Assembly: GCA_040390725.1 (NCBI GenBank)
Contig: JAZJXT010000003.1
Coordinates: 34,502-98,501 of the forward strand
Direction: 5' to 3'
Source of the DNA: Patescibacteria group bacterium
GTDB lineage: Bacteria > Patescibacteriota > Minisyncoccia > Phycocordibacterales > UBA9973
DNA: 64,000 nt
Shown here: piece after piece, positions 18,096 through 26,900 of the stretch
How the letters are laid out: the number at the start of each line of letters is the position of its first letter
How positions within the stretch are numbered: the first letter of the stretch is position 1
Made by a program: the position numbers and the translations under genes
Notes under the pieces: generated by a model
What the model was told of the DNA's origin: nothing
Databases searched by the model: none
What the model saw: the letters and a program-made list of their open reading frames with translations, nothing else

Positions 18096-18100
18096 AGTTC

Positions 18101-19801
18101 CTACTCTTCATTCAAGTCCACCACGCTCTGCACTTCATCAATAGAAGTAACTCCGTTTATTATTTTTACTACACCGTCTTGGCGCATTGAGAGGATGCCT
18201 TGATGTGAAGCTATTTTTTTAATTTCTCGCTCGCTAGGATTTTGCGGAATTATTTTTTCAATAGCTTCATCTGTTTTGATCGCTTCGAAAATTCCCATTC
18301 GTCCTTTGTACCCGGTCATGTTACATTTTTCACAACCGACAGCCGAGAACATTTTTATCGGAGCATTAGGATCTATATTATATTTTGATAAATCTTTTCC
18401 TTCATTTTTTATACTGTCCATAACTATTTTTAAAGTTTTAACTTCTTCTTCTGTCGGAGCTTTTTCTTTTTTACAGAATTGGCAAAGCTTGCGCACTAGG
18501 CGTTGAGCTATGGATAGAGTCAAAGCGGAAACCATAATTTTTGGATTGACTTCAAGATCGATAAGGCGAGGGATAACACCGGCCGCATTGTTTGTGTGAA
18601 GAGTGGAAAAAACCAAGTGTCCGGTCAAAGCAGATTCTACGGCTATTTTTGCTGTTTCTGCATCACGTATTTCTCCCACCATCACTACATCAGGGTCTTG
18701 GCGGAGTGCGCTACGCAAACCTTCCAAAAATGTGTATCCTTTTTCAGAATCTGTTTGTGTTTGTGTTATTCCCGTTAAATGATATTCTATCGGGTCTTCG
18801 ATAGTTATGATTTTTATTTCAGAAGAATATATTTTATTTAAAAATGCGTAAAGCGTGGTGGTTTTACCGGACCCAGTCGGACCGGTGACCAATATCATGC
18901 CATTTGGTTTTTTGATTTCGGCTTCGATTATTGCAAAGAGAGAATTTTCTATTCCCATGTCTTCGAGTTTTACTTGGATGGATTTTGGATCCAAGATACG
19001 CATCACCATTGATTCCCCATATGCACCCGGGATGAGTGAAGTACGAATACTTATTTCTTCTTTTTCTTCCATAATACTAAACCTTCCGTCTTGGGCTGTC
19101 CTTGATGTCAGTTTCATTCCCGAAAGAAGTTTTATGCGGGAATTTAATAAATGATAAATACTTAAATCAAAAAACATTACGTCTTGGAGTACTCCGTCCA
19201 GGCGGAGTCGTAGTCTTCCGCGATCTTTTTCTGGTTCGATGTGTATATCAGAAGCTTGTATCGCTATAGCTCCAGCAAGAATTATTTCAAGAATATGAGA
19301 AATTTTATGAACTTGAGCACCCTCTATTGCTCCCGTTATTAATTTTTCTATATCTTGCATTTTTCCAATATTTTTTGCAGTCTCTTTCAAGATGTCACCG
19401 GAGATGTCTATTCCTCCGACTTTGGAACTTTCTGCCAGTGAGATTTCCCCATATCTTTCCCAGACTTTATTTAGGCTCGCTGTTGATGCCATATAAAAAA
19501 CAGGGATTAAATTTTCTCTTTCTACTTGATCTTTTACCTTACCTGTAAGTTCTTCGGATGGTGAACGCATTGCGATGGAGACTTTTTTCCCGGAAAGTTT
19601 AAATGGCGCGACCTTCATTTCACGCGCTTCTTTTTCAGGTATTGCTCGAAGTGCCTCATTGTCTACCCCTAGGCGGGTGAGGTTGATATATGGCAGGCCG
19701 TATTTTGATTCTGCTAACGTTGCTACCAGTTCTTCTTCTTCTTGTTTATGCAGATCTTCCAGGTCTTTATTTTCTTTTTCTTCATCAAACTGTTGAATCA
19801 T
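18101..19801 (-). CDS. Type IV pilus / type II secretion assembly ATPase (PilB/GspE family)
   Basis: Walker A LVTGPTGSGKTTTLYAFL, Asp box and His box; N-terminal GspII_E-like domain; C-terminal tetracysteine. Confidence 0.85.
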   Translation of the reverse strand: MIQQFDEEKENKDLEDLHKQEEEELVATLAESKYGLPYINLTRLGVDNEALRAIPEKEAREMKVAPFKLSGKKVSIAMRSPSEELTGKVKDQVERENLIPVFYMASTASLNKVWERYGEISLAESSKVGGIDISGDILKETAKNIGKMQDIEKLITGAIEGAQVHKISHILEIILAGAIAIQASDIHIEPEKDRGRLRLRLDGVLQDVMFFDLSIYHLLNSRIKLLSGMKLTSRTAQDGRFSIMEEKEEISIRTSLIPGAYGESMVMRILDPKSIQVKLEDMGIENSLFAIIEAEIKKPNGMILVTGPTGSGKTTTLYAFLNKIYSSEIKIITIEDPIEYHLTGITQTQTDSEKGYTFLEGLRSALRQDPDVVMVGEIRDAETAKIAVESALTGHLVFSTLHTNNAAGVIPRLIDLEVNPKIMVSALTLSIAQRLVRKLCQFCKKEKAPTEEEVKTLKIVMDSIKNEGKDLSKYNIDPNAPIKMFSAVGCEKCNMTGYKGRMGIFEAIKTDEAIEKIIPQNPSEREIKKIASHQGILSMRQDGVVKIINGVTSIDEVQSVVDLNEE

Positions 19802-19864
19802 AATTTAAAATTATAGCTTATTTTTTACATAAATAATAGGGGGTCTTTATGTTATAATTTTGTT

Positions 19865-22321
19865 ATGGAAAAAGGAAAAATAAAGACTTTAGTTTTGCTT
19901 GACTCACATGCGATAATACACCGTGCTTATCATGCGTTGCCTGAGTTTTTGTCGTCGAAAGGCGAGCCGACTGGAGCTTTGTACGGGCTTTCGACGATGA
20001 TAATGAAAATTATTTCTGACTTAAAGCCGGATTATATTGTGGCTTGTTATGACCTTCCGCAGAAAACTTTTCGCCATGAGGCATACGAAGCATATAAAGG
20101 TGGCAGAGCAAAAACAGATGACGCACTTATTTTACAATTAAAACAATCTCGCGCGATTTTCGAAGCATTCAATATTCCCATTTATGATGCGCCGGGTTTT
20201 GAAGCTGATGATATTTTAGGGACTATTGCGGAACAGTTTAAAAAAGAAAAAAATATAAAAATAATTATCGCATCGGGTGATATGGATACGATGCAATTGA
20301 TTGATGACAAAAAAGTGCAAGTGTATACTTTGAAAAAAGGAATCAATGATACTATTTTATATGATGAAGATGCAGTCGTTGCGCGTTTTGGTTTTGTGCC
20401 AAAACTTTTACCGGATTATAAAGGTTTGCGTGGTGACCCGTCGGATAATATTATTGGCATCAAGGGCATTGGTGAAAAAACTGCGACGGATTTAATAAAA
20501 ACTTTTGGCACGATAGAAGATATTTATAAAAAGATTAAAAAAGATCCTGAGAGTTTTGTGAAAGCGGGCATCAAGCCTCGAATGGTGGAGCTTATAAAAA
20601 ATAATGAAGAAGAGGCATTGTTCTCGAAAGTTTTGGCGACGATACGCAAAGACGCGCCGATTGATTTTAAATTGCCAGAGAAAACTTTTTGGGAAAATGC
20701 GGATTTGAAAAAAATTGAGAAAATGTTTATGGAATTCGAATTCCGAAGTTTATTTACAAGATTAAAAAACTTTTTTAGTGGGGGTCAGCCGGAGAATCCT
20801 GAAAATTTTCAAAATAATCAGAATCCACCTGAGCATGCTCTCCAGAATTCGCACTCTGTCTTGGAAGGGCAAGGTCTTTCTGTTCGTAGCGAAGATTCCT
20901 CCAAGCATACTCAGGTAGATTCTGTGAAACTTCAAGAAGCTAGCATAGCCTTGTGGCTCATCAATTCTGATATGGCGAATCCGAAATTAGAAGATATTTT
21001 AATGTTTGCGAAGACGGACGACTTTGAAAAAGCGTATGAATATATTTTTAAGAAAATAAAAGAAGATAATTTAACTTTAGTATATGAAGAGGTGGAAAAG
21101 CCGATAATGCATATAGTAAAAGAGATGCAGGATTACGGTATTTTGATTGATCAAAAATATTTTGAAAATTTATCGGCAGAATATCATAAAGAGCTTGATA
21201 AATTAACAAAAAAAATATACGAAATGGCGGGAACGGAATTTAATATTAATTCCCCGAAACAATTAGGCGAAGTTCTTTTTGTGAAGCTCGGTCTTAAAAC
21301 AAAAAAGAAAAATGCGAGCGGGAAATTTTCTACAAATATTTCCGTATTGGAAGAACTTGAAGAAGAAAATTTAATAATTTCTGAAATTATGGCATACAGA
21401 GAATTACAGAAATTGCTCTCTACTTATATTGATGTGATTCCAAAAATGGTAGGAGAGGACGGCAGACTGCATGCGAAGTTTTTACAAAATGGCACGACGA
21501 CAGGCAGGTTTTCTTCACAAGATCCAAACCTTCAAAACTTGCCGACTAAGACGGAATTAGGAAAAAGAATTCGCAATGGTTTTGTGGCGCAAAAAGGATA
21601 CAAGCTTTCCGCTTTTGATTATAGTCAAATAGAACTCCGCGTTTGCGCTTTGCTTTCTGGTGATAAAAAAATGACGGATATTTTCCGTGAAGGCAAAGAC
21701 ATTCATGCGGGTGTTGCTTCATTTGTTTTCGGTGTTCCACAAGAAAAGGTGGACAGTGAAATGCGACGAAAAGCGAAAGTTATAAATTTTGGAATTATTT
21801 ACGGTATGGGAGTTTCCGCTTTAAAGAAAAATCTTGGAGGTACTCGCGAAGAAGCGCAAAAGTTTTACGATAATTATTTCTCTCAATTTTCTCGTATCAA
21901 AGAATATTTAGATAGTGTAAAAGAATTTGCAGTGAAGCATGGTTATACAGAAACTTTATTTGGTAGGCGTAGGCGTTTCCCAAATATAAATTCTAGAATT
22001 CCATTTTTAAAAAGTATGGCAGAGCGTACTGCTATCAATGCACCTATACAGGGAACAGCCACTGCCGATATTATTAAGCTTGCCATCAGATATGCCGAAG
22101 AAGATTTAAAAAAAGCCGAACTTCTCGACCGAGCGCATTTAGTCCTCCAAATTCACGATGAACTGGTGTATGAAATAAAAGAAGACATTCTCGATGAAGC
22201 GGAAAAAATAATAAAAAATGCGATGGAAAGCGTCCTCGCTCGCTCATTCCTCCACTATAAAACCGACATTCCCCTAGAAGTCCACTTTGGCCACGGCGAC
22301 CATTTCGGGAATGTAAAATAG
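19865..22321 (+). CDS. polA: DNA polymerase I
   Basis: 5'-3' exonuclease domain N-terminally; motif A (DYSQIELRV), motif B (RRKAKVINFGIIYGMG), motif C (QIHDELV); 818 aa suggests a reduced 3'-5' exo domain. Confidence 0.92.
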   Translation: MEKGKIKTLVLLDSHAIIHRAYHALPEFLSSKGEPTGALYGLSTMIMKIISDLKPDYIVACYDLPQKTFRHEAYEAYKGGRAKTDDALILQLKQSRAIFEAFNIPIYDAPGFEADDILGTIAEQFKKEKNIKIIIASGDMDTMQLIDDKKVQVYTLKKGINDTILYDEDAVVARFGFVPKLLPDYKGLRGDPSDNIIGIKGIGEKTATDLIKTFGTIEDIYKKIKKDPESFVKAGIKPRMVELIKNNEEEALFSKVLATIRKDAPIDFKLPEKTFWENADLKKIEKMFMEFEFRSLFTRLKNFFSGGQPENPENFQNNQNPPEHALQNSHSVLEGQGLSVRSEDSSKHTQVDSVKLQEASIALWLINSDMANPKLEDILMFAKTDDFEKAYEYIFKKIKEDNLTLVYEEVEKPIMHIVKEMQDYGILIDQKYFENLSAEYHKELDKLTKKIYEMAGTEFNINSPKQLGEVLFVKLGLKTKKKNASGKFSTNISVLEELEEENLIISEIMAYRELQKLLSTYIDVIPKMVGEDGRLHAKFLQNGTTTGRFSSQDPNLQNLPTKTELGKRIRNGFVAQKGYKLSAFDYSQIELRVCALLSGDKKMTDIFREGKDIHAGVASFVFGVPQEKVDSEMRRKAKVINFGIIYGMGVSALKKNLGGTREEAQKFYDNYFSQFSRIKEYLDSVKEFAVKHGYTETLFGRRRRFPNINSRIPFLKSMAERTAINAPIQGTATADIIKLAIRYAEEDLKKAELLDRAHLVLQIHDELVYEIKEDILDEAEKIIKNAMESVLARSFLHYKTDIPLEVHFGHGDHFGNVK

Positions 22322-22352
22322 GCTTATTTTATAAGGATTCCTAGTATTTTAC

Positions 22353-22381
22353 TTGACTTTAAGGTTTAAAAGTGCTACACT
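22353..22381 (+). promoter_or_regulatory. Sigma70-type promoter
   Basis: TTGACT-17 nt (…aagtgc)-TACACT upstream of the ORF at 22466. Confidence 0.5.
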
Positions 22382-22465
22382 TTATACAGGGTTAATAGGC
22401 ATAGTTTTTGAGTTTAGGCTTTGAAAAATTACTTATTATCTTTTGTTCTTCTTAAAAAAGAAAGT

Positions 22466-22951
22466 ATGAGGAATATAAAGAAAGTCCGTAGGGAACTCGA
22501 TGTTCCTCGGCATGTGGCAATTATTGCTACCAGGTTGGGAATAAAATTTCAACCAAATTCTGGGAGCTCAATGTATAAGTTGCCTCCTAAGGAAAAAATA
22601 ATTCCAGGTCAGGAAGATTGGAATTGCCCCTTTGGTACTCTTCGTTTGAGTGATCACTGGGGAATATTAAAATGTTCTTGTTATGAAGAACAAAATAGTG
22701 GTGAGTGCAATTGTCCAATTGTTTTTCAAACGGACGTGCCTGTCCCAACAGGAAGTTGGGTTTTAGCCGTCAATAATGACGGTTGGAAGGTTGTACATAT
22801 CTTTCAATTAAAAAAAAGTAATATAATATATTCTCTTGATTTTAATAAAATAAAATTTGAAGTAGAGAAAGCATGTTATATGAATGAGGCTATGGTCATC
22901 AAACCGAATCAGCATGGACAATTATCAATCCTTTTACGGGATTTGATTTAG
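22466..22951 (+). CDS. Hypothetical protein (Cys/His-containing)
   Basis: ORF starting MRNIKKVRRELD…; no recognisable family; track ORF begins at 22421. Confidence 0.4.
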   Translation: MRNIKKVRRELDVPRHVAIIATRLGIKFQPNSGSSMYKLPPKEKIIPGQEDWNCPFGTLRLSDHWGILKCSCYEEQNSGECNCPIVFQTDVPVPTGSWVLAVNNDGWKVVHIFQLKKSNIIYSLDFNKIKFEVEKACYMNEAMVIKPNQHGQLSILLRDLI

Positions 22952-22974
22952 TCACATGTAGCCGTAAATTGAAG

Positions 22975-23226
22975 ACAGAAACAATACAGACAATTACCCA
23001 CCAAAGATGCATTGGGTGGATCTGCTCACAGGTTGAGCAGCCCCACGGATTGTCCCTGCACCGCGCAGGCGTTATTCAATAAGATGACAAGTGTGTTTTG
23101 AGTATGGATTAAGTTCATGCTCTAACACAAAGTAATTAAAAAAAATGTCGTGGAAATCCCAATTTTGTGGGGGAATTACGACCAATCATGACAGGTTCCA
23201 ATGGGGCCTGTCATATTTTTTTGTGC
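22975..23226 (+). ncRNA. Candidate structured small RNA / 3' UTR element
   Basis: GC-rich 250 nt without an ORF: hairpins acccacc…ggtgg, ctgctca…gagcag, cctgcaccgcgcagg, then atgacagg-ttccaatgggg-cctgtcat + TTTTTTT terminator. Confidence 0.3.
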
Positions 23227-23238
23227 TATAATAATCAA

Positions 23239-23688
23239 ATGGAAAAGAAGAACTCACATCACAAGGTCATGGCGCATTCTTATGTCTTTTATTTTGTTTT
23301 GTTTTTGTTGGGTATTTTTATGGACTTGGTTTTTCCTATGAAGATTTTTAAGCACGATTCACTCATATCAGTAGGTGTAGTAGTTTTAGTACTTGCCACT
23401 ATTTTAATACTTTGGGAACAAAAAACTGCCAGAAAACTAAGCAAGGAAAATATAAATAAAGAATCTTTTTTACACGGACCTTATAGATACACCAGCAGTC
23501 CGGCGCACTTAGGGCTTTTTCTTTTAATGTTTGGTTTCGGCATGATCGTGAATGGATTTTTTATAATGTTATTTTCTGTAATTTCATTTGTAATTTCTAA
23601 ATTTTCTTTTATTAAAAAAACGGAAAAAATGCTAGTTGAAAAATACGGCGAACATTATGCCGAATATAAAAAGTCAGTTAAATTTTAA
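23239..23688 (+). CDS. Isoprenylcysteine carboxyl methyltransferase (ICMT)-like membrane protein
   Basis: Multi-TM; C-terminal motif …HGPYRYTSSPAHLGLFLLMFG… resembles the ICMT/PEMT SAM-binding region; start taken at MEKKNSHHK. Confidence 0.5.
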   Translation: MEKKNSHHKVMAHSYVFYFVLFLLGIFMDLVFPMKIFKHDSLISVGVVVLVLATILILWEQKTARKLSKENINKESFLHGPYRYTSSPAHLGLFLLMFGFGMIVNGFFIMLFSVISFVISKFSFIKKTEKMLVEKYGEHYAEYKKSVKF

Positions 23689-23691
23689 TTT

Positions 23692-24336
23692 ATGATTTAT
23701 CTTTTTTCCGGAGACGATGCAAAAAATAAAAGACTTGCGTACGATAAATTCTTAAAACAATACAAAGATATTGAAATTTTCTATATAAACAAAAGCGATT
23801 TTAATGAAATGCAAATAGAAAGTTTTTATTCCGGCGCGGGGCTTTTTTTCTCGAAATGCTTGGTTGTTTTTAACAATGTTTTTGAAAAAGAAGAAATACA
23901 AGATTTTATTTTAGATAAACTTGATTTGATAAAAGAGTCAGCTAATGACTTTGTTTTTTTGGAAGGGAAATTAAACAAGCCTGTTTTAGACGCTTTTAAA
24001 AAAGCTCGCGCAGAATTGAATATTTTTGAGTTATCAAAACAAGCCAAAGAAAAATACGACAATTTTATTTTAGCTGATGATTTTTACCGGAAAGATAAAT
24101 TGAATTTATGGATACATTTCCGGCAAGCGATGGACGTGGGGGTAGGAATGGAGGAGCTCATAGGAGTATTGTTTTGGAAGGCTAAAGATATGCTTTTAAA
24201 AAAGAATTTAGGCAAATTCTCCGAAACAGAATTAAAAAACTTCGCATCTAAAATATCATACCTTCTGCCTGAGGCTAGAAAGTATGGCAAAGATGACGAG
24301 TCTGTTTTCGAGCAGTTTTTATTAGAAGCTTTTTAA
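23692..24336 (+). CDS. DNA polymerase III delta subunit-like (HolA-like), short form
   Basis: N-terminal MIYLFSGDDAKNKRLAYDKF… pattern typical of HolA; 214 aa is shorter than canonical. Confidence 0.4.
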   Translation: MIYLFSGDDAKNKRLAYDKFLKQYKDIEIFYINKSDFNEMQIESFYSGAGLFFSKCLVVFNNVFEKEEIQDFILDKLDLIKESANDFVFLEGKLNKPVLDAFKKARAELNIFELSKQAKEKYDNFILADDFYRKDKLNLWIHFRQAMDVGVGMEELIGVLFWKAKDMLLKKNLGKFSETELKNFASKISYLLPEARKYGKDDESVFEQFLLEAF

Positions 24337-25001
24337 TCTTCATTTTTTAAATTAGATTTTTGATGGAGTTCGGAGAAGAGGAGGACGGATTGGCTGAAAT
24401 CTTTTTCAGCTATGACGAAAATGAGCTCGGTGTAAGTCGAGACTATTTCAGTGATGTTTATGCGGGCTTTTGCCAGTACGGAAAGCAGGGAAAAAATAGT
24501 ATTTGGTTCACTAAATTGTTCTGTGTTGAAAGACACACCCACAGCAGCTAGATTATTTATGGTAAGTTTTGGTTTTACCTTGAAATATTTAATAATTTTT
24601 CCGGCAATATTGGATGAGCATACTATAGTGAGTTCAGCCGTGCCGATAGTAGTGGTAAAAAAATCTTCGCGCGTAATAGAAATGTTTTTATGCAATGCCT
24701 CGAGTTTTTCTATTATTTGATTTGTATTTTCATAAACAATTTCTGATAGGGGAAGCTTGGTTGTGATATTGGTAATAGGCACAGCATGAATGAGAGGTTT
24801 TGTTTTTTTGAATTCTTTGCGTAGGCGCGAAAGGGAAACGACCAAGCTCGTAATAGTAGTTTGTTTTTTAGCGCGAGCTTGCACCAGGGGACGAATGCGA
24901 TAAGCATAACTGCTCATATTCATATAGCCCTCAGTGAGGGAAGTGTAAGCTTCTGGTTCGCCCAATACTATATCTCGCACAATTGGTTGTATTTTGATCA
25001 T
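24333..25001 (-). CDS. ACT-domain-like protein (resembles an aspartokinase regulatory region)
   Basis: Two beta-alpha-beta-beta-alpha-beta-like segments (…LAAVGVSF…IFSLLSVLAKARINITEIVSTYTELIFVIAEKD…); divergent from lysA. Confidence 0.35.
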   Translation of the reverse strand: MIKIQPIVRDIVLGEPEAYTSLTEGYMNMSSYAYRIRPLVQARAKKQTTITSLVVSLSRLRKEFKKTKPLIHAVPITNITTKLPLSEIVYENTNQIIEKLEALHKNISITREDFFTTTIGTAELTIVCSSNIAGKIIKYFKVKPKLTINNLAAVGVSFNTEQFSEPNTIFSLLSVLAKARINITEIVSTYTELIFVIAEKDFSQSVLLFSELHQKSNLKNED

Positions 25002-25094
25002 ATTATTATTCTAACAGATTTTACAAAATGTCGCAAATATTAAGATAATGTTAAAAAACTTCACTTTATCTTGTGTTTCTTTTATTATGCAAAA

Positions 25095-26339
25095 ATGGAT
25101 AATAATTTTATATATAAAAATAATAAACTTTACTGCGAACAAGTGCCGATAAAAACTTTAGCCGAAAAATTCGGTACCCCTTTGTATTTGATGAGCTCGA
25201 ATAGTATGCAAAATCAATATGATTATTTTGAAAAGGCTTTTTCAAAGCTTAATCATTTGACGTGTTATGCAGTAAAGGCGAATTTTAATCTTTCAGTTAT
25301 TAATTTATTTGCGCGTGCTGGCAGTGGGGCGGATGTAGGCTCAAGGGGTGAGCTTTTTAGAGCCTTAAAGGCAGGGATTCCTTCGGAGAAAATAGTTATG
25401 TCTGGAGTGGGGAAAAGTCATGCTGATATAGAGCATGCGATAAAAAGTAAAATTTTGTTATTGAGTACTGAATCACTTTCTGAATTAAAATATATTAACC
25501 AAATTGCAAAAAAATTAAATACTGTTGTGGATATTACTGTGCGGGTGAATCCTTCCGTAAAGGCTTTGACGCATGCACATATTTCTACCGGCGGGCATAT
25601 ACATAAGTTCGGCATAGATGAGGTTTTACTGCCGGAAGTTTTTCGCTTGGCAAAAAGTTTATATAATATAAAAATAGTTGGACTTGATGTTCATATCGGG
25701 TCTCAGTTAAACAGTACGGCACCTTATATAAAAACTATTAAAAAACTTCTCGTAATAAAAAAGAATTTTGAAGATCATGGCTTTAATATTAAATATCTGG
25801 ATCTAGGCGGAGGGTTTCCCGTCACTTATGATCCATCAAAGCCTAAAAAGGATTTGAAAGTTTTTGCAGATACCATTATCCCACTTTTGCAAAATTGCGG
25901 AGCGAAAATTATTTTTGAACCTGGCAGGTATTTCGTCGCCAATGCCGGGGTGTTGATTACTCAAGTTTTATATTTAAAAGAAAATAGCAGTGGCAAGAAA
26001 TTCGTGATAGTAGATGCAGGTATGAGCGAGCTTATTCGCCCGGTTCTTTATGATGCGTATCATCATATTATTTCAGTAAATTATTCTAGTAAAAAAATAG
26101 TTGCAGATGTCGTTGGTCCTATTTGTGAATCTGCAGATTTTTTTGCGAAAGACCGAGAGATGCAGACTGTGAGAGAAAAAGATTATTTAGTAGTACTTTC
26201 CACCGGGGCATATGGAGGAGTTATGGGCAGTAATTATAACGGACGTCTTCGTCCGACGGAAGTTTTAATTGACGGCAAGAATTTTAAGGTAATTAGAAAA
26301 AGGGAAACACTGGAACAATTTATTCAAAATGAAATTTAA
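25095..26339 (+). CDS. lysA: Diaminopimelate decarboxylase
   Basis: Fold-III PLP decarboxylase: …CYAVKANFNLSVINLF…, GGG motif, C-terminal beta-barrel; start at MDNNFIYK. Confidence 0.85.
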   Translation: MDNNFIYKNNKLYCEQVPIKTLAEKFGTPLYLMSSNSMQNQYDYFEKAFSKLNHLTCYAVKANFNLSVINLFARAGSGADVGSRGELFRALKAGIPSEKIVMSGVGKSHADIEHAIKSKILLLSTESLSELKYINQIAKKLNTVVDITVRVNPSVKALTHAHISTGGHIHKFGIDEVLLPEVFRLAKSLYNIKIVGLDVHIGSQLNSTAPYIKTIKKLLVIKKNFEDHGFNIKYLDLGGGFPVTYDPSKPKKDLKVFADTIIPLLQNCGAKIIFEPGRYFVANAGVLITQVLYLKENSSGKKFVIVDAGMSELIRPVLYDAYHHIISVNYSSKKIVADVVGPICESADFFAKDREMQTVREKDYLVVLSTGAYGGVMGSNYNGRLRPTEVLIDGKNFKVIRKRETLEQFIQNEI

Positions 26340-26459
26340 CAGATTTAACAAATAGTTAAAAATACAAGGTGAATATTAAAAAACTTAACTTTCTAAAACA
26401 AAGAAGGTATTGTATAGGTTGATAAATTAGTTTTTTTATACACATTTACCCTCATTGAT

Positions 26460-26657
26460 ATGATCTCAGAAGAAAGAAAAGAAGCCATAAGTGAATTGGC
26501 TAAAGCTGAGCTTGCCAGAAGAGACAAGCAAAATTCCAATGACTTTCACAGAAGTCAATTAGATGCACAGACTGCGTTGGCCAAATTGGTCAATCAAGAA
26601 GAAAAAGATTTTTATCAGGAACAACTTTGTTCTCAAAGAACGCCTGACGGGTGCTAA
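26460..26657 (+). CDS. Small hypothetical protein, 65 aa
   Basis: ORF followed immediately by a hairpin terminator; no homology recognised. Confidence 0.3.
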   Translation: MISEERKEAISELAKAELARRDKQNSNDFHRSQLDAQTALAKLVNQEEKDFYQEQLCSQRTPDGC

Positions 26658-26678
26658 AATCATCCACCATTAAAATAT

Positions 26679-26710
26679 TGCCCAACAAAATAGTTGGGCA
26701 CTTTTTTTGT
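26679..26710. terminator. Bidirectional hairpin terminator
   Basis: gcccaacaaaatagttgggc + actttttttg. Confidence 0.6.
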
Positions 26711-26718
26711 TAATTCTG

Positions 26719-26791
26719 TGCGTCCGGTTGGGATCGAACCAACGACCTTATCCTTAAAAGGGATCTGCTCTACCGACTGAGCTACGGACGC
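26719..26791 (-). tRNA. tRNA-Lys (anticodon UUU)
   Basis: Minus-strand GCGTCCGTAGCTCAGTCGGTAGAGCAGATCCCTTTTAAGGATAAGGTCGTTGGTTCGATCCCAACCGGACGCA: 7-bp acceptor stem, D-arm GCTC/GAGC, anticodon loop CTTTTAA, T-loop TTCGATC; CCA not encoded. Confidence 0.9.
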
Positions 26792-26845
26792 GAACTTATA
26801 TATGCGGTCTAATGAACTTTTGTAAGTAGTCAGTTGGATCCGCTA

Positions 26846-26863
26846 CAACTGAGCTACGGACGC
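26846..26863 (-). repeat. Partial duplicate of the tRNA-Lys 5' end (16-18 nt) with adjacent hairpin
   Basis: GCGTCCGTAGCTCAGT repeated 72 nt away from the tRNA 5' end; the sequence between does not fold into a cloverleaf. Confidence 0.6.
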
Positions 26864-26900
26864 GTGTTCTAAAATTATCACATTTTAAGTATAAAATCAA

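Noticed and set aside
26792-26863. Possible second tRNA next to tRNA-Lys
   Set aside because: Only the first 16-18 nt match a tRNA acceptor/D-arm; the remainder cannot form an acceptor stem or T-arm. Recorded as a partial duplicate rather than a tRNA gene.
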